From NCBI GenBank assembly GCA_964291285.2, contig OZ219787.1:1984001-2048000 (forward strand): a stretch of DNA of 64,000 nucleotides. The letters are read 5' to 3'. Shown one piece after another: positions 1 through 11,916 of this stretch. The stretch's first letter is position 1, and the number at the start of each line of letters is the position of its first letter. Source of the stretch: Alphaproteobacteria bacterium (GTDB lineage Bacteria > Pseudomonadota > Alphaproteobacteria > Bin95). A program made the position numbers and the translations under genes. The notes under the pieces are model-generated. The model was given only the letters and a program-made list of their open reading frames with translations, searched no databases and had not been told where the DNA came from.

Positions 1-1524
1 GTCGTCCGCGAGACGCTCGACTATTCGACGGCCGTGTTCGACGCGGAGGGGCGAAATGTCGCGCAGTCCGCGCGCATCGCCATCCACCTGAACTCCATGG
101 CGACCTGCCTCGAAGGCATCCTCGCAGGACCCGTCCCGCTGGCGGAATGGCGGGAGGGCGACGTCATCGTCACCAACGACCCCTATGCCGGCGGCCAGCA
201 CCTGCCCGATGTGCTGACCTTCAAGCCCGTCTATTTCAAGGGCCGGCGGATCGCGATTACCGGCACGCTGACCCACCACACCGATGTCGGCGGCGGCGCG
301 CCCGGCAGCTATGACGCGAGCGCGCGCGAGATCTACCAGGAAGGGCTGCGGATCCCGCCCTGCAAGGTGGTGGAGGCCGGACGGGTCAACAGCGCGTTGC
401 TCGGCGTCTTCTACGCCAATACCCGCGAGCCGGAGAAGGTGCGCGGCGTTTTCGAGGCGCAACTCGCCTCGCTCGACATCGGCGCGGCCGGCGTGCTGCG
501 GCTGGCGGAACGGTTCGGCCCGGAGAGGCTCCAGGCCGCGACCGACCGCATTCTCGACCGCTCGGAAGCCGCGATGCGCACGGCCATCGCCGGCATTCCG
601 GACGGCGCGTACCGTTTCGAGGATTTCGTGGACGATGACGGCATCACCGAGGAGCCGCGCCTCATCGCCGCCGAGGTTCGCATCGACGGCGAGACCGCAA
701 AGGTCGATCTCTCCGCTTCGGGGCCGCAGGCGGCGGGGCCGGTCAACTGCACGCTCAACATGTCGAAATCGGCGGTCTATTGCGCCTTCATGTGCGCCGC
801 CGGGCTGGAGGTTCCGGCCAATTCCGGTGCCTATCGGCCGGTCGGGATCACGGCGCGCGAGGGCACGATCTGCAATGCGCTGCCGCCCGCGCCGGTGGCG
901 AACCGCATGGCGACCGCGCACCGCATCGTCACCACCGTTCTGGGCGCGCTCGGCCAGGCGGCGCCGGAGCGCATATCCGCTGCCTATTACGGCGTGAGCT
1001 ACGTCTATGCGCTGGGCCTCAAGGGGCGGTCCGGCCGGCCCGAGGTCTATTTCGACATCGAGGTCGGCGGCTGGGGCGCGCATCCGGATGCCGACGGCGC
1101 GAATGCGCTCTCCGCCTGCCTGCACAATCTCGCCAACACGCCCATCGAAATGGTGGAGAGCCTTTATCCGCTCACCATCATCGAATACGGGCTGGCGCCC
1201 GGCAGCGGCGGCGAGGGCAGGCGGCGCGGCGGGCTCGGCCTCCGGCGCGAGTTCCGGCTGGACGCCGGGGAAGGCATGCTGTCCACCAATTACGACCGTT
1301 TCCGGGTTCCGCCCTACGGGCTTGCCGGCGGCGGCGCGGGCGCGCCGGGCCGCTCCGTGCTGACGCGGGACGGCGAGGCGGTCGAACTCGGCTCGAAGGT
1401 GTCGAACCTGCCCGTACGCCGGGGCGACCGCATCCTGCTGCAGACCTCCGGCGGCGGCGGGCACGGCGCGCCGGAAGACCGCGACCCGCAGGACGCCGCC
1501 CGGGACCGGCGGCTCGGCTACTGA
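1..1524 (+). CDS. Hydantoinase B/5-oxoprolinase family protein (5' truncated by window edge)
   Basis: Frame open from base 1 (VVRETLDYSTAVFD); motifs NDPYAGGQHLPD, HHTDVGG, EIYQEGLRIPP, NTPIEMVE, TSGGGGHG. Confidence 0.9.
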   Translation, partial: VVRETLDYSTAVFDAEGRNVAQSARIAIHLNSMATCLEGILAGPVPLAEWREGDVIVTNDPYAGGQHLPDVLTFKPVYFKGRRIAITGTLTHHTDVGGGAPGSYDASAREIYQEGLRIPPCKVVEAGRVNSALLGVFYANTREPEKVRGVFEAQLASLDIGAAGVLRLAERFGPERLQAATDRILDRSEAAMRTAIAGIPDGAYRFEDFVDDDGITEEPRLIAAEVRIDGETAKVDLSASGPQAAGPVNCTLNMSKSAVYCAFMCAAGLEVPANSGAYRPVGITAREGTICNALPPAPVANRMATAHRIVTTVLGALGQAAPERISAAYYGVSYVYALGLKGRSGRPEVYFDIEVGGWGAHPDADGANALSACLHNLANTPIEMVESLYPLTIIEYGLAPGSGGEGRRRGGLGLRREFRLDAGEGMLSTNYDRFRVPPYGLAGGGAGAPGRSVLTRDGEAVELGSKVSNLPVRRGDRILLQTSGGGGHGAPEDRDPQDAARDRRLGY

Positions 1525-1555
1525 ACGCATCTGAGACAAAGGACGGCAAGGGGCC

Positions 1556-2332
1556 ATGACACTGGAGACCGACGGGTTCCGTATTGAGACCGACCCGGAC
1601 AACGAACGCGTGGACATCGTGCTCGACCGCCCGCCGCTCAATGTCGTGCGGATGGCGCAGCGCCCGCTGCTGCGCGCGGCCTTCGAGGCGTTCGACCGCG
1701 ACCCGGCAGTGCGCGTGGTCGTCGTCCGGGGGGAGGGCGAGCATTTCACCAGCGGCGGCGACATTCCGGGTTTCATGGAAGCGAGCCCCGAGACGGTATC
1801 GCAGCTTCACAAGAACATCGCCGCCGCCGAGCGCTGTTCGAAACCGGTGATCGCCGCCATACGGGGTTTCTGCATGGGCGTGGGCTTCGAACTGGCGCTT
1901 GCCTGCGATTTCCGCATCGTGACCGAAACGGCCCGGCTTGCGCTGCCGGAGATCAATCTCGGCATGATTCCGGGCTCCGGCGGTTCGGCCCGGCTGCAAC
2001 GCATGATCGGCATTTCGCGCGCCAAGAACGTGGCGATGCGCGCCCGCCGGATCACCGGACAGGAGGCCTTCGACTGGGGCCTCGCCTGCGAACTTGTCGA
2101 AGACGCGGAACTCGAAGCGGCGACGGATGCGCTGGTCAATGAGTTGCGCCGTTTCTCCCCGCTCGCCCAGCGCACGCTGAAGCAGGTGTTCAACGCGGGC
2201 GAGAACGCGCCGCTCGAACAGGCGATGGAGATCGAGGGCCAAGCCTACGGCCGGCTGCGCATGAGCGCCGATTTCGCCGAGGGCGTTGCCTCTTTCGTCG
2301 AGAAACGCCGCCCGAACTTCAGGGGCGAGTAG
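1556..2332 (+). CDS. Enoyl-CoA hydratase/isomerase family protein
   Basis: FTSGGDI, KPVIAAIRGFCMGVGFELALACD, LPEINLGMIPGSGG crotonase motifs. Confidence 0.9.
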   Translation: MTLETDGFRIETDPDNERVDIVLDRPPLNVVRMAQRPLLRAAFEAFDRDPAVRVVVVRGEGEHFTSGGDIPGFMEASPETVSQLHKNIAAAERCSKPVIAAIRGFCMGVGFELALACDFRIVTETARLALPEINLGMIPGSGGSARLQRMIGISRAKNVAMRARRITGQEAFDWGLACELVEDAELEAATDALVNELRRFSPLAQRTLKQVFNAGENAPLEQAMEIEGQAYGRLRMSADFAEGVASFVEKRRPNFRGE

Positions 2333-2341
2333 AGCGGAGGC

Positions 2342-2385
2342 GTTTCGGATCGGCCCGACATACGTTCCAATCCGAAACTCTTTTG
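2342..2385. terminator. Hairpin between convergent genes, probable terminator
   Basis: GTTTCGGAT(2342-2350)...ATCCGAAAC(2370-2378) inverted repeat followed by TCTTTT. Confidence 0.45.
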
Positions 2386-2399
2386 CCTTGGAAAGCCCT

Positions 2400-2704
2400 T
2401 TACCCGTCGGCCTCGCGGCGTTCTTCTGCGCGGCGCTCAGCAATCAGTTCATCGGCCATAGAGACGCCTTCACGCGCCTCGTCGCGCACTATCCGCTGCA
2501 AATGGGCGACGGCCGCTTTCGGCGCAAGTATCCTCAGTTCCCCGTCGACCACGCGCGCGGTCAAGAGACCGGTTTTGTCGACAAGCATCGCTTCACGCAT
2601 GTCGGCAGGGATCACGAGTCCTCCGTCCTCGTCGATGCGCAATCTCTGCGAATCGACATTGCCCGGGCCGACAGGCTGTCCCATTTCGGATTTCCGGGGC
2701 CTTG

Positions 2705-2708
<4 letters not shown>
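2400..2708 (-). CDS. AbrB/MazE/SpoVT-family DNA-binding protein (antitoxin-like)
   Basis: 3' end of ORF 2400..3914: [18 protein letters not shown]...[13 protein letters not shown]; GTG start overlaps the clpB TGA (GTGA); alternative ATG at 2684. Confidence 0.75.
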
Positions 2709-5287
<2,579 letters not shown>

Positions 5288-5363
5288 ATGTCCGTCTCCG
5301 TCTTCAGACGCGAGCCTCTGTCGGGAGGGCCGCAGCCTGCGCGCCGCTCCCGCTCGAAGACGG

Positions 5364-5392
5364 ATATGGGAACCGGCGGCGGCGCGCGCAAG
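5364..5392 (-). promoter_or_regulatory. RpoH (sigma32)-type promoter of clpB
   Basis: Minus strand CTTG-N18-CCCATAT upstream of a heat-shock gene. Confidence 0.65.
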
Positions 5393-5425
5393 GAGATGCG
5401 ATGCCCCGCCCGGCGCGACCGGAGG

Positions 5426-5944
5426 TCAGACCGCTTCGGCTGTAGCCTCTTCGGCGGGAGCGCCTTCCGCCGGCTGCGTCGCCTCGCCGGTTTCGGCGGC
5501 GGTCTCCTCGACCGGAGCGTTGCGCTGGCGGCGGCGGCGGCGCGGACGGGGATTCGCCGATTCGCTGCCCTCGGCCTCGGAAGGCCGGTCGGCAGCCTCC
5601 CGGTCGGGCCGGGCCTCGGCCTCGGACTCCTGTGCGCCGTCGGCGTTGCGCTGAGCGTCCGCCGGCGCCGGCTGGGGCTGCTGCGCCTGAGGCGGCGCGA
5701 ACTGCGCCACCAGGCGCTGGTAGTGCTCGGCATGCTGGAACAGGTTCTCCGCCAGCACCGAGTCGCCGCTGGACTGGGCGTCGCGCGCCATTGCCAGATA
5801 GCGGTCGAGGATCTGCTGCGCGGTGCCGCGCACCCGTCCTTCCGGTCCGTTGCTTTCGAGGGCCTGGTTGCGGTGGGCGGGCGCACGTCCGCTCCGCATG
5901 TTGCTGCGGCCGCGTGAGCGGCGCGGTGGCAGGTTTTGCTTCAT
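5426..5944 (-). CDS. DUF4167 domain protein
   Basis: ESNGPEGRVRGTAQQILDRYLAMARDAQSSGDSVLAENLFQHAEHYQR; usual position upstream of clpB in alphaproteobacteria. Confidence 0.9.
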   Translation of the reverse strand: MKQNLPPRRSRGRSNMRSGRAPAHRNQALESNGPEGRVRGTAQQILDRYLAMARDAQSSGDSVLAENLFQHAEHYQRLVAQFAPPQAQQPQPAPADAQRNADGAQESEAEARPDREAADRPSEAEGSESANPRPRRRRRQRNAPVEETAAETGEATQPAEGAPAEEATAEAV

Positions 5945-6120
5945 GTGCTCTCTGTATCTAGAGGCGGTGACGAACGACGCGAGGCCAGCGGGCTCTCATT
6001 CGCGTCGTTCCGGCTCCGCTGCAATAGCTTCCCCGCGGAACCCGACGCAAGGTTAGCCCGGATGCGCAGCTTTGCAACCCCCTCCTGTTTCGCGTGCCGG
6101 GACAGCTATATGCCGCCCCG

Positions 6121-6473
6121 TCAGGCGGCGCGTATCAGGTCCACTTCCATGCGGACGCCGTCATAGGGAAAGCTCATGCGGCCGCCCTCGCCGCGGTCGA
6201 GGAGTCCGGCCTTGACGAGCGCGGTCATGTCCCGGTGGACCGCCTTTACGTCGCGTTCCACCCGCCGCGCGACCTCGCGCACGGGTAGCGGCCCCGCACC
6301 GGCCATCGCCTGCAGGATCGCAAGGCGCTTCGGCGCGTATACCCTGTGAAGCAGATCGACGGACGCGAAGGCGATGCAGGGTTCCGTTTGCCGGCCCGCC
6401 AACGCCTCATCCGCGTACCGGGTTCGCTCCTCGGAGCTACCGTAAGCGTCACGGTCCGTTTCTTCGCAGCCAC
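6121..6473 (-). pseudogene. COG4190/HVO_A0114-like HTH regulator (antitoxin-like), apparently frameshifted
   Basis: N-terminus MAAKKRTVTLTVA (GTG 6473) and body IAFASVDLLHRVYAPKRLAIL..VREVARRVERDVKAVHRD..FPYDGV (6121..6402) lie in different frames. Confidence 0.65.
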
Positions 6474-6477
6474 CTGC

Positions 6478-7164
6478 CTAAACGACTTTCACCTCAATCC
6501 GCCCGACGCCCTCGACCTCGCCTTCGAGGCGGTCGCCGGGGGAGACGGCGGCGACGCCGGCGGGGGTGCCGGTCATGATGAGGTCGCCCGGCATGAGCGC
6601 GAAGAGCGCCGAGATGTGCGCGATCACCTCCGGCAGGCTCCAGATCATCTCCGAGATATCGCCGTCCTGCCGCAGTTCGCCGTTGACATGCAGGCGCACG
6701 GCCCCTGTCTCCGGGTGGCCGATCTCGCTTGCCATCACTACGGGCGAGCAGGGCGCGGCATGGTCGAACGCCTTGCCGATCTCCCAGGGCCTGCCGAGCT
6801 GCTTGGCGACGCCCTGCAGGTCCCGGCGCGTCATGTCGAGGCCGGCGGCATAGCCGAAGACATGGCCGAGCGCGTCCTCCTCGCCGATATCCCGCCCGCC
6901 GGTCCCGATGGCGGCGACAAGCTCCATCTCGTGGTGCAGGTCCGCGGTGCCGGGCGGATAGGGCATGTCGCCGCCGCCTGCGACGATGGAGGTCGCGGGC
7001 TTCATGAAGAAGAAGGGCGGCTCGCGGTCCGGGTCGTGGCCCATCTCGCGCGTGTGCTCGGCGTAGTTGCGCCCGACGCAGAAGATCCGCCCGACGGGAA
7101 ATACCGCCTCCGATCCCCTGACCGGCAGGACCGTCCGGGCCGGAGCCGGAACCGCATAGGTCAT
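6478..7164 (-). CDS. Fumarylacetoacetate hydrolase family protein
   Basis: IFCVGRNYAEH, FFMKP, HHEMEL, DMTRRDLQ, GDLIMTGTPAGV. Confidence 0.92.
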   Translation of the reverse strand: MTYAVPAPARTVLPVRGSEAVFPVGRIFCVGRNYAEHTREMGHDPDREPPFFFMKPATSIVAGGGDMPYPPGTADLHHEMELVAAIGTGGRDIGEEDALGHVFGYAAGLDMTRRDLQGVAKQLGRPWEIGKAFDHAAPCSPVVMASEIGHPETGAVRLHVNGELRQDGDISEMIWSLPEVIAHISALFALMPGDLIMTGTPAGVAAVSPGDRLEGEVEGVGRIEVKVV

Positions 7165-7315
7165 GATGCCGCTTCCTTCCTTTGCATGGCGCCGCATCTT
7201 GCCCGCCGCCGGGAGGCAGTCAAGGAACGCGCATTGCCTTTTTCGTTGCCGAGCGTGTCACTGCATGGAAACATTGGACGCCGGCCGACGGGACGGCCGG
7301 ACACGGGGAGGGACG

Positions 7316-9328
7316 ATGAGCACGAACGCGCGATGCGTGGCCCTTGTGGGCCCTTATCTCAGCGGCAAGACGAGCCTGATGGAAGCCATGCTGCACGCCG
7401 CCGGGGCATTGACGCGCAAGGGCAGCGTCAGGGACGGCAACACGGTCGGCGACGCCTCGCCGGAGTCGCGCGACCGGAACATGAGCACGGAGATCCTGCC
7501 GGCTCGCTTCAACTATCTGGGCGACGACTGGACGGTGCTGGACTGCCCCGGCTCGGTCGAATTCCTGCAGGAGGCGATGCACGGCGCGGTGGTCGCGGAC
7601 ATCGCGGTGGTGGTCTGCGAACCGGACCCGGCGCGCGCCATCATGCTGGCGCCGATCCTGCGCTTCCTCAATGCGCGCAACATCCCGCACATCATCTTCA
7701 TCAACAAGATCGACACCGTGACCCAGGGGCTGGCGGAAACCATGGAGGCCTTGCAGGGGGTCTCCGGCAAGCCGTTGGTGGTGCGCCATATACCCGTCGT
7801 CGAGGGCGAAGCCGTGTCGGGCTATGTCGATCTCATCAGCGAGCGCGCCTACAGCTACAGCGAAGGCGGGCCCTCGGAGCTTATCAAGGTTCCGGACTCG
7901 GTGGGGGACGACACCGAGCTCGCGCGCCAGGAGCTCATGGAGGCGCTGGCGGACTTCGACGACACGCTGCTTGAGGCGCTGCTGGAAGAGGCCATTCCCG
8001 CCCGCGACGAGATCTACGCCTATTTCAAGGCCGCGCTGGCGGAGGGCCATATCGTGCCGGTGATGCTCGGCGCGGCGGAGCGGGACCACGGCATAGTCCG
8101 TCTGCTCAAGGCGCTGCGCCACGACACGCCCGATGTCTCGCGCGCCGCCGCCCGGTTCGAGGCCGGCGACGGCAAGGTGCTGCAGATTTTCAAGACCTAC
8201 CATGCGCAGCACCAGGGCAAGCAGAATCTCGCCCGCGTCTTTTCGGGCATACTCAACGAGGGCGACAATCTCGGCGGCGAGCGCCTCGGCAATCTGGCCA
8301 GCATGCACGGCGCCAACCTGACCAAGGTGAGCTCGGCCGAGGCGGGCGATGTCGTCGCTATCGGGCGTCTCGACGCCTTCGAGACCGGCCAGATGCTGAC
8401 CGCCGGCGGCGCGGAGAGGCCGGACGCCTGGCCGGGACGGCTCAGCGCGATCTACGCCGTGGCGCTCCATGCCGAGAAGCGCAGCGACGAGGTGAAGCTT
8501 TCCGGCGCCCTCCAGCGGCTTGCGGAGGAGGACGGCTCCTACCGGATCGAGCCCAACCCGGAGACGCATCAATTGCTGCTCTGGGGCCAGGGGGACCAGC
8601 ATCTCCAGGTCGGCGTCGCGCGGCTCCAGAGCAAATACAACATCGCCGTGGAAACCGAGCGCCCGCAGACGCCCTACCGCGAGACCATCCGCAAGGGGAC
8701 GGAGCAGCATTCGCGTTTCAAGCGCCAGTCCGGCGGCCACGGGCAGTTCGGCGATGTGGTGGTCGATATCGCGCCGCTGCCGAGAGGCGAGGGCTTCGCC
8801 TTCGAGGAGAAGGTGGTCGGCGGGTCGGTGCCGCGCCAGTTCATCCCGGCGGTGGAGACCGGCGTGCGCGAGTTCCTGTCCCGCGGACCGCTCGGTTTCC
8901 CGGTGGTGGACCTCGTGGTGACGCTGAAGGACGGCAAGCACCATCCCGTGGACAGCTCCGAACAGGCGTTCAAGACCGCCGGACGGCTCGCCATGAGCGA
9001 GGGGCTGCCGAATTGCAGCCCGATCCTGCTGGAACCGATCCTGAAGGTGCAGGTGCATATCCCGTCCGAATACACGGCGAATATCCAGCGGCTGCTGGCA
9101 GGCCGCCGCGGCCAGATACTCGGTTTCGACGCCCGCGAGGGCTGGGCCGGATGGGACCGGGTGGACGCTTTCCTGCCGCAGTCGGAAATGTCCGACATGA
9201 TTATCGAACTGCGCTCGCTGACGCTCGGCGTGGGCACGTTCGACTGGGAATTCGACCATCTCCAGGAACTGTCCGGAAAGCTCGCCGACGACATCGTCGA
9301 GGCGCGCAAGCAAGCGGAGGCGCACTGA
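7316..9328 (+). CDS. Elongation factor G paralogue (EF-G II type)
   Basis: GPYLSGKT P-loop, DCPG, NKID, RQSGGHGQFG, HPVDSSEQAF, PILLEPI; ATG 7316 preceded by GGGGAGG. Confidence 0.92.
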   Translation: MSTNARCVALVGPYLSGKTSLMEAMLHAAGALTRKGSVRDGNTVGDASPESRDRNMSTEILPARFNYLGDDWTVLDCPGSVEFLQEAMHGAVVADIAVVVCEPDPARAIMLAPILRFLNARNIPHIIFINKIDTVTQGLAETMEALQGVSGKPLVVRHIPVVEGEAVSGYVDLISERAYSYSEGGPSELIKVPDSVGDDTELARQELMEALADFDDTLLEALLEEAIPARDEIYAYFKAALAEGHIVPVMLGAAERDHGIVRLLKALRHDTPDVSRAAARFEAGDGKVLQIFKTYHAQHQGKQNLARVFSGILNEGDNLGGERLGNLASMHGANLTKVSSAEAGDVVAIGRLDAFETGQMLTAGGAERPDAWPGRLSAIYAVALHAEKRSDEVKLSGALQRLAEEDGSYRIEPNPETHQLLLWGQGDQHLQVGVARLQSKYNIAVETERPQTPYRETIRKGTEQHSRFKRQSGGHGQFGDVVVDIAPLPRGEGFAFEEKVVGGSVPRQFIPAVETGVREFLSRGPLGFPVVDLVVTLKDGKHHPVDSSEQAFKTAGRLAMSEGLPNCSPILLEPILKVQVHIPSEYTANIQRLLAGRRGQILGFDAREGWAGWDRVDAFLPQSEMSDMIIELRSLTLGVGTFDWEFDHLQELSGKLADDIVEARKQAEAH

Positions 9329-10116
9329 TGTCGAGAGCAAAAACCGCCGCAGCGTTCCTGCGCGAGGCGCGTCTGGCGGGACGGCGCGAGCCTGCTATTC
9401 CGGAGGCCTGCGCGCCCCGCAACGAGGATGAGGCGAAGGCCATCTGGCAGGCGCTGCATGCGATGGAGGACCGCAGGATCGTCGGCTGGAAGATCGGCGC
9501 GACTGCGACCGCCGCGCAGCAGGCGATGGGCCTCTCCGGGCCGTTCGCCGGCCACATTTGCGAGGGCATGGTCGATGAGGGAGCCGAGATCGATTACCGG
9601 TTTGCGGACCTGCTGGGGCCGATCTACGAGAGCGAATACGGCTTCCGGCTCTCGGCCGACCTGCCGGCGCGGGCGCAGCCTTACAGCCGGGAGGAGGTCG
9701 AGGCCGCAATCGGTTCGCTGATCGCCGGCATCGAGCTCCCGGAGCGCCGGCTTGCGGACGACCAGCCGCTCGGCCCGATCGGCACCATCGCCGACCATGG
9801 TGGCACCGGGCGCTACATCGTCGCGCACGAATTCGAGGACTGGCGCGATATCGACTGCGTGGACCAAGAGGTGAGCCTGACCTTCAACGGCGTGGAAGCG
9901 GGGCGCGGCACCGGCCGGGCGATGATGGGTCACCCGGTCGAGGCGGTGCGCTGGCTCGCCAACCATCTCTCCGGTCTCGGCCTCGGGATGACCGAGGGCC
10001 AGTTCGTGACCACAGGCTCCTGCACGGGCGTTCTGCCGGTGCCGGGACCGGACACGCTGGCGGTCTCCGATTTCGGGCCTCTCGGACGTATCCAAGTGAA
10101 CTTCGCAGGGTCCTGA
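9328..10116 (+). CDS. 2-keto-4-pentenoate hydratase/FAH superfamily protein
   Basis: GWKIGAT, ESEYGF, MGHPVEAVRWLAN, VTTGSCTG; TGATG coupling to upstream gene. Confidence 0.85.
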   Translation: MSRAKTAAAFLREARLAGRREPAIPEACAPRNEDEAKAIWQALHAMEDRRIVGWKIGATATAAQQAMGLSGPFAGHICEGMVDEGAEIDYRFADLLGPIYESEYGFRLSADLPARAQPYSREEVEAAIGSLIAGIELPERRLADDQPLGPIGTIADHGGTGRYIVAHEFEDWRDIDCVDQEVSLTFNGVEAGRGTGRAMMGHPVEAVRWLANHLSGLGLGMTEGQFVTTGSCTGVLPVPGPDTLAVSDFGPLGRIQVNFAGS

Positions 10117-10158
10117 CCGGCTGGATTTTCGGCGCGCCGCTGCTATGGTCGCGGCCCC

Positions 10159-10944
10159 ATGAGAATACCGCTCTACCAGGTGGACGCCTTTGCGGACCGG
10201 GCGTTCGCCGGCAATCCGGCCGCCGTCTGCCTGCTGGAGGAATGGCCGCCGGATTCGCTTCTGCAATCCATCGCGCTTGAGAACAATCTTTCCGAGACGG
10301 CCTTCCTGGTGCCGGAAGGGCCGGTATGGCGGCTGCGCTGGTTCACGCCGAAGGTCGAGGTCGATCTGTGCGGCCATGCGACGCTGGCTTCTGCCCATGT
10401 CGTCTTCGAGCATGTCCACCGGGAGGTGCAGAAGGTCGAGTTCGAGACGCGCAGCGGCAGGCTGACCGTTTATCGCAACGGCCCTGTTCTGAGCATGGAG
10501 TTCCCGGCCAATCCGCCCGAAGCGGCCGCGGAGCCGGAGGGGCTGGCGGATGCGCTGGGGACGGCTCCCGAAGCGGTTCTGGAGGCCCCGTTCATATGCG
10601 TGGCGGTCTTCCCCGACGAGCCGTCCGTCCGGGCGCTCAGTCCCGACTTCCGCCGTCTGGCAGCGCTGAACGGCGGAATTACCGCGGCCACCGCGCCGGG
10701 TGGCGAGGTGGATTTCGTGTCGCGCTGCTTCGCGCCCGGCGCGGGGATCGACGAGGACCCGGTAACCGGTTCGGCGCATTGCGCTCTGGCTCCCTATTGG
10801 GCGGACCGGCTCGGCAAGACAGCGCTGACGGCCCGGCAGGTATCGGAGCGCGGCGGGCGGCTTGCCTGCACCATGCAGGGGGACCGGGTGGTGATTTCCG
10901 GGCGCGCGGCGCCCTATCTCAGCGGGACCATCGAACTGCCATGA
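10159..10944 (+). CDS. PhzF family isomerase
   Basis: VDAFADRAFAGNPAAV, NLSETAF, EVDLCGHATLA, EDPVTGSAH. Confidence 0.93.
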   Translation: MRIPLYQVDAFADRAFAGNPAAVCLLEEWPPDSLLQSIALENNLSETAFLVPEGPVWRLRWFTPKVEVDLCGHATLASAHVVFEHVHREVQKVEFETRSGRLTVYRNGPVLSMEFPANPPEAAAEPEGLADALGTAPEAVLEAPFICVAVFPDEPSVRALSPDFRRLAALNGGITAATAPGGEVDFVSRCFAPGAGIDEDPVTGSAHCALAPYWADRLGKTALTARQVSERGGRLACTMQGDRVVISGRAAPYLSGTIELP

Positions 10945-11888
10945 CACTGCCCGGAAAGACGGAAATCGAGGCGGCGGCCGAGTTGGTTTACGGCGCATTC
11001 CCGGCGACCCCGCAGCGGGTCTGGCCGTTGCTAGCCGAGCGCGTCGGCACCGAGGCCTGGGTCAAGCACGAGAACCACACGCCCATCGGCGCTTTCAAGA
11101 TCCGGGGCGGGCTGGCCTACATGGCCCAGTGCGAAGCCGGAGGCATGGTGACGGCGACGCGCGGCAATCACGGCCAGTCCGTCGCCTATGCCGCCCGGCA
11201 GGCGGGCAAGCGGGTCACGGTCGTCGTGCCGGAGGGCAACAGCCGCGAGAAGAATGCCGCGATGCGGGCTTTCGGGGCCGACCTCGTGGTGCATGGCAGC
11301 GACTTCCAGGACGCCTTCGAGCATGCCCGCGCGCTGGCCGAAGGCGAAGGCCTGCATTTCCTGCCGTCCTTCCATCCGGCGCTGGTGGCCGGGGTGGCGA
11401 CCTACAGCTACGAGCTTCTCAGCGCCGCGCCGCATCTGGACACGCTCTATGTGCCCATCGGGCTCGGCTCCGGCATTTGCGGCGCTATCGCCGCGCGCGA
11501 GGCGCTGGGGCTCAGGACGGAGATCGTCGGCGTCGTCGCCCGAAAGGCGCCCTGCTACGCGCTGAGTTTCGAGGCGGGTCGGGCGGTTTCCACCAACAGC
11601 GCCGACACCATGGCCGACGGCATGGCCTGCCGCACGCCGGACGAGTCTGCGCTCGCGATCGTCCTGGAGCACGCGGCCCGCATCGTTGTCGTCGAGGATG
11701 ACGAGATCGAGGCGGCCATGCGCCATTACTTCACCGATACGCACAATGTGATCGAGGGCGCGGGCGCAGCACCCCTGGCGGCGCTGCTGAAGGAACGCGA
11801 CCGCATAGCAGGCAAGGCGGTCGGCCTCGTGGCGAGCGGCGGCAATATCGATATCGAGGTCTATCGCCGGGTGCTGGCCGGGGATTGA
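10941..11888 (+). CDS. PLP-dependent threonine/serine dehydratase (no ACT domain)
   Basis: KHENHTPIGAFKIRGG, ATRGNHG, VPIGLGSG, SGGNID; ATGA overlap. Confidence 0.88.
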   Translation: MTLPGKTEIEAAAELVYGAFPATPQRVWPLLAERVGTEAWVKHENHTPIGAFKIRGGLAYMAQCEAGGMVTATRGNHGQSVAYAARQAGKRVTVVVPEGNSREKNAAMRAFGADLVVHGSDFQDAFEHARALAEGEGLHFLPSFHPALVAGVATYSYELLSAAPHLDTLYVPIGLGSGICGAIAAREALGLRTEIVGVVARKAPCYALSFEAGRAVSTNSADTMADGMACRTPDESALAIVLEHAARIVVVEDDEIEAAMRHYFTDTHNVIEGAGAAPLAALLKERDRIAGKAVGLVASGGNIDIEVYRRVLAGD

Positions 11889-11916
11889 TCCGGGGCGCAG
11901 GAGAGGACAGGCGACC

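Noticed and set aside
2342-2378. 37-bp palindrome starting GTTTC and ending GAAAC, resembling a CRISPR repeat
   Set aside because: Single copy, no spacers or cas genes; its position between convergent genes fits a terminator
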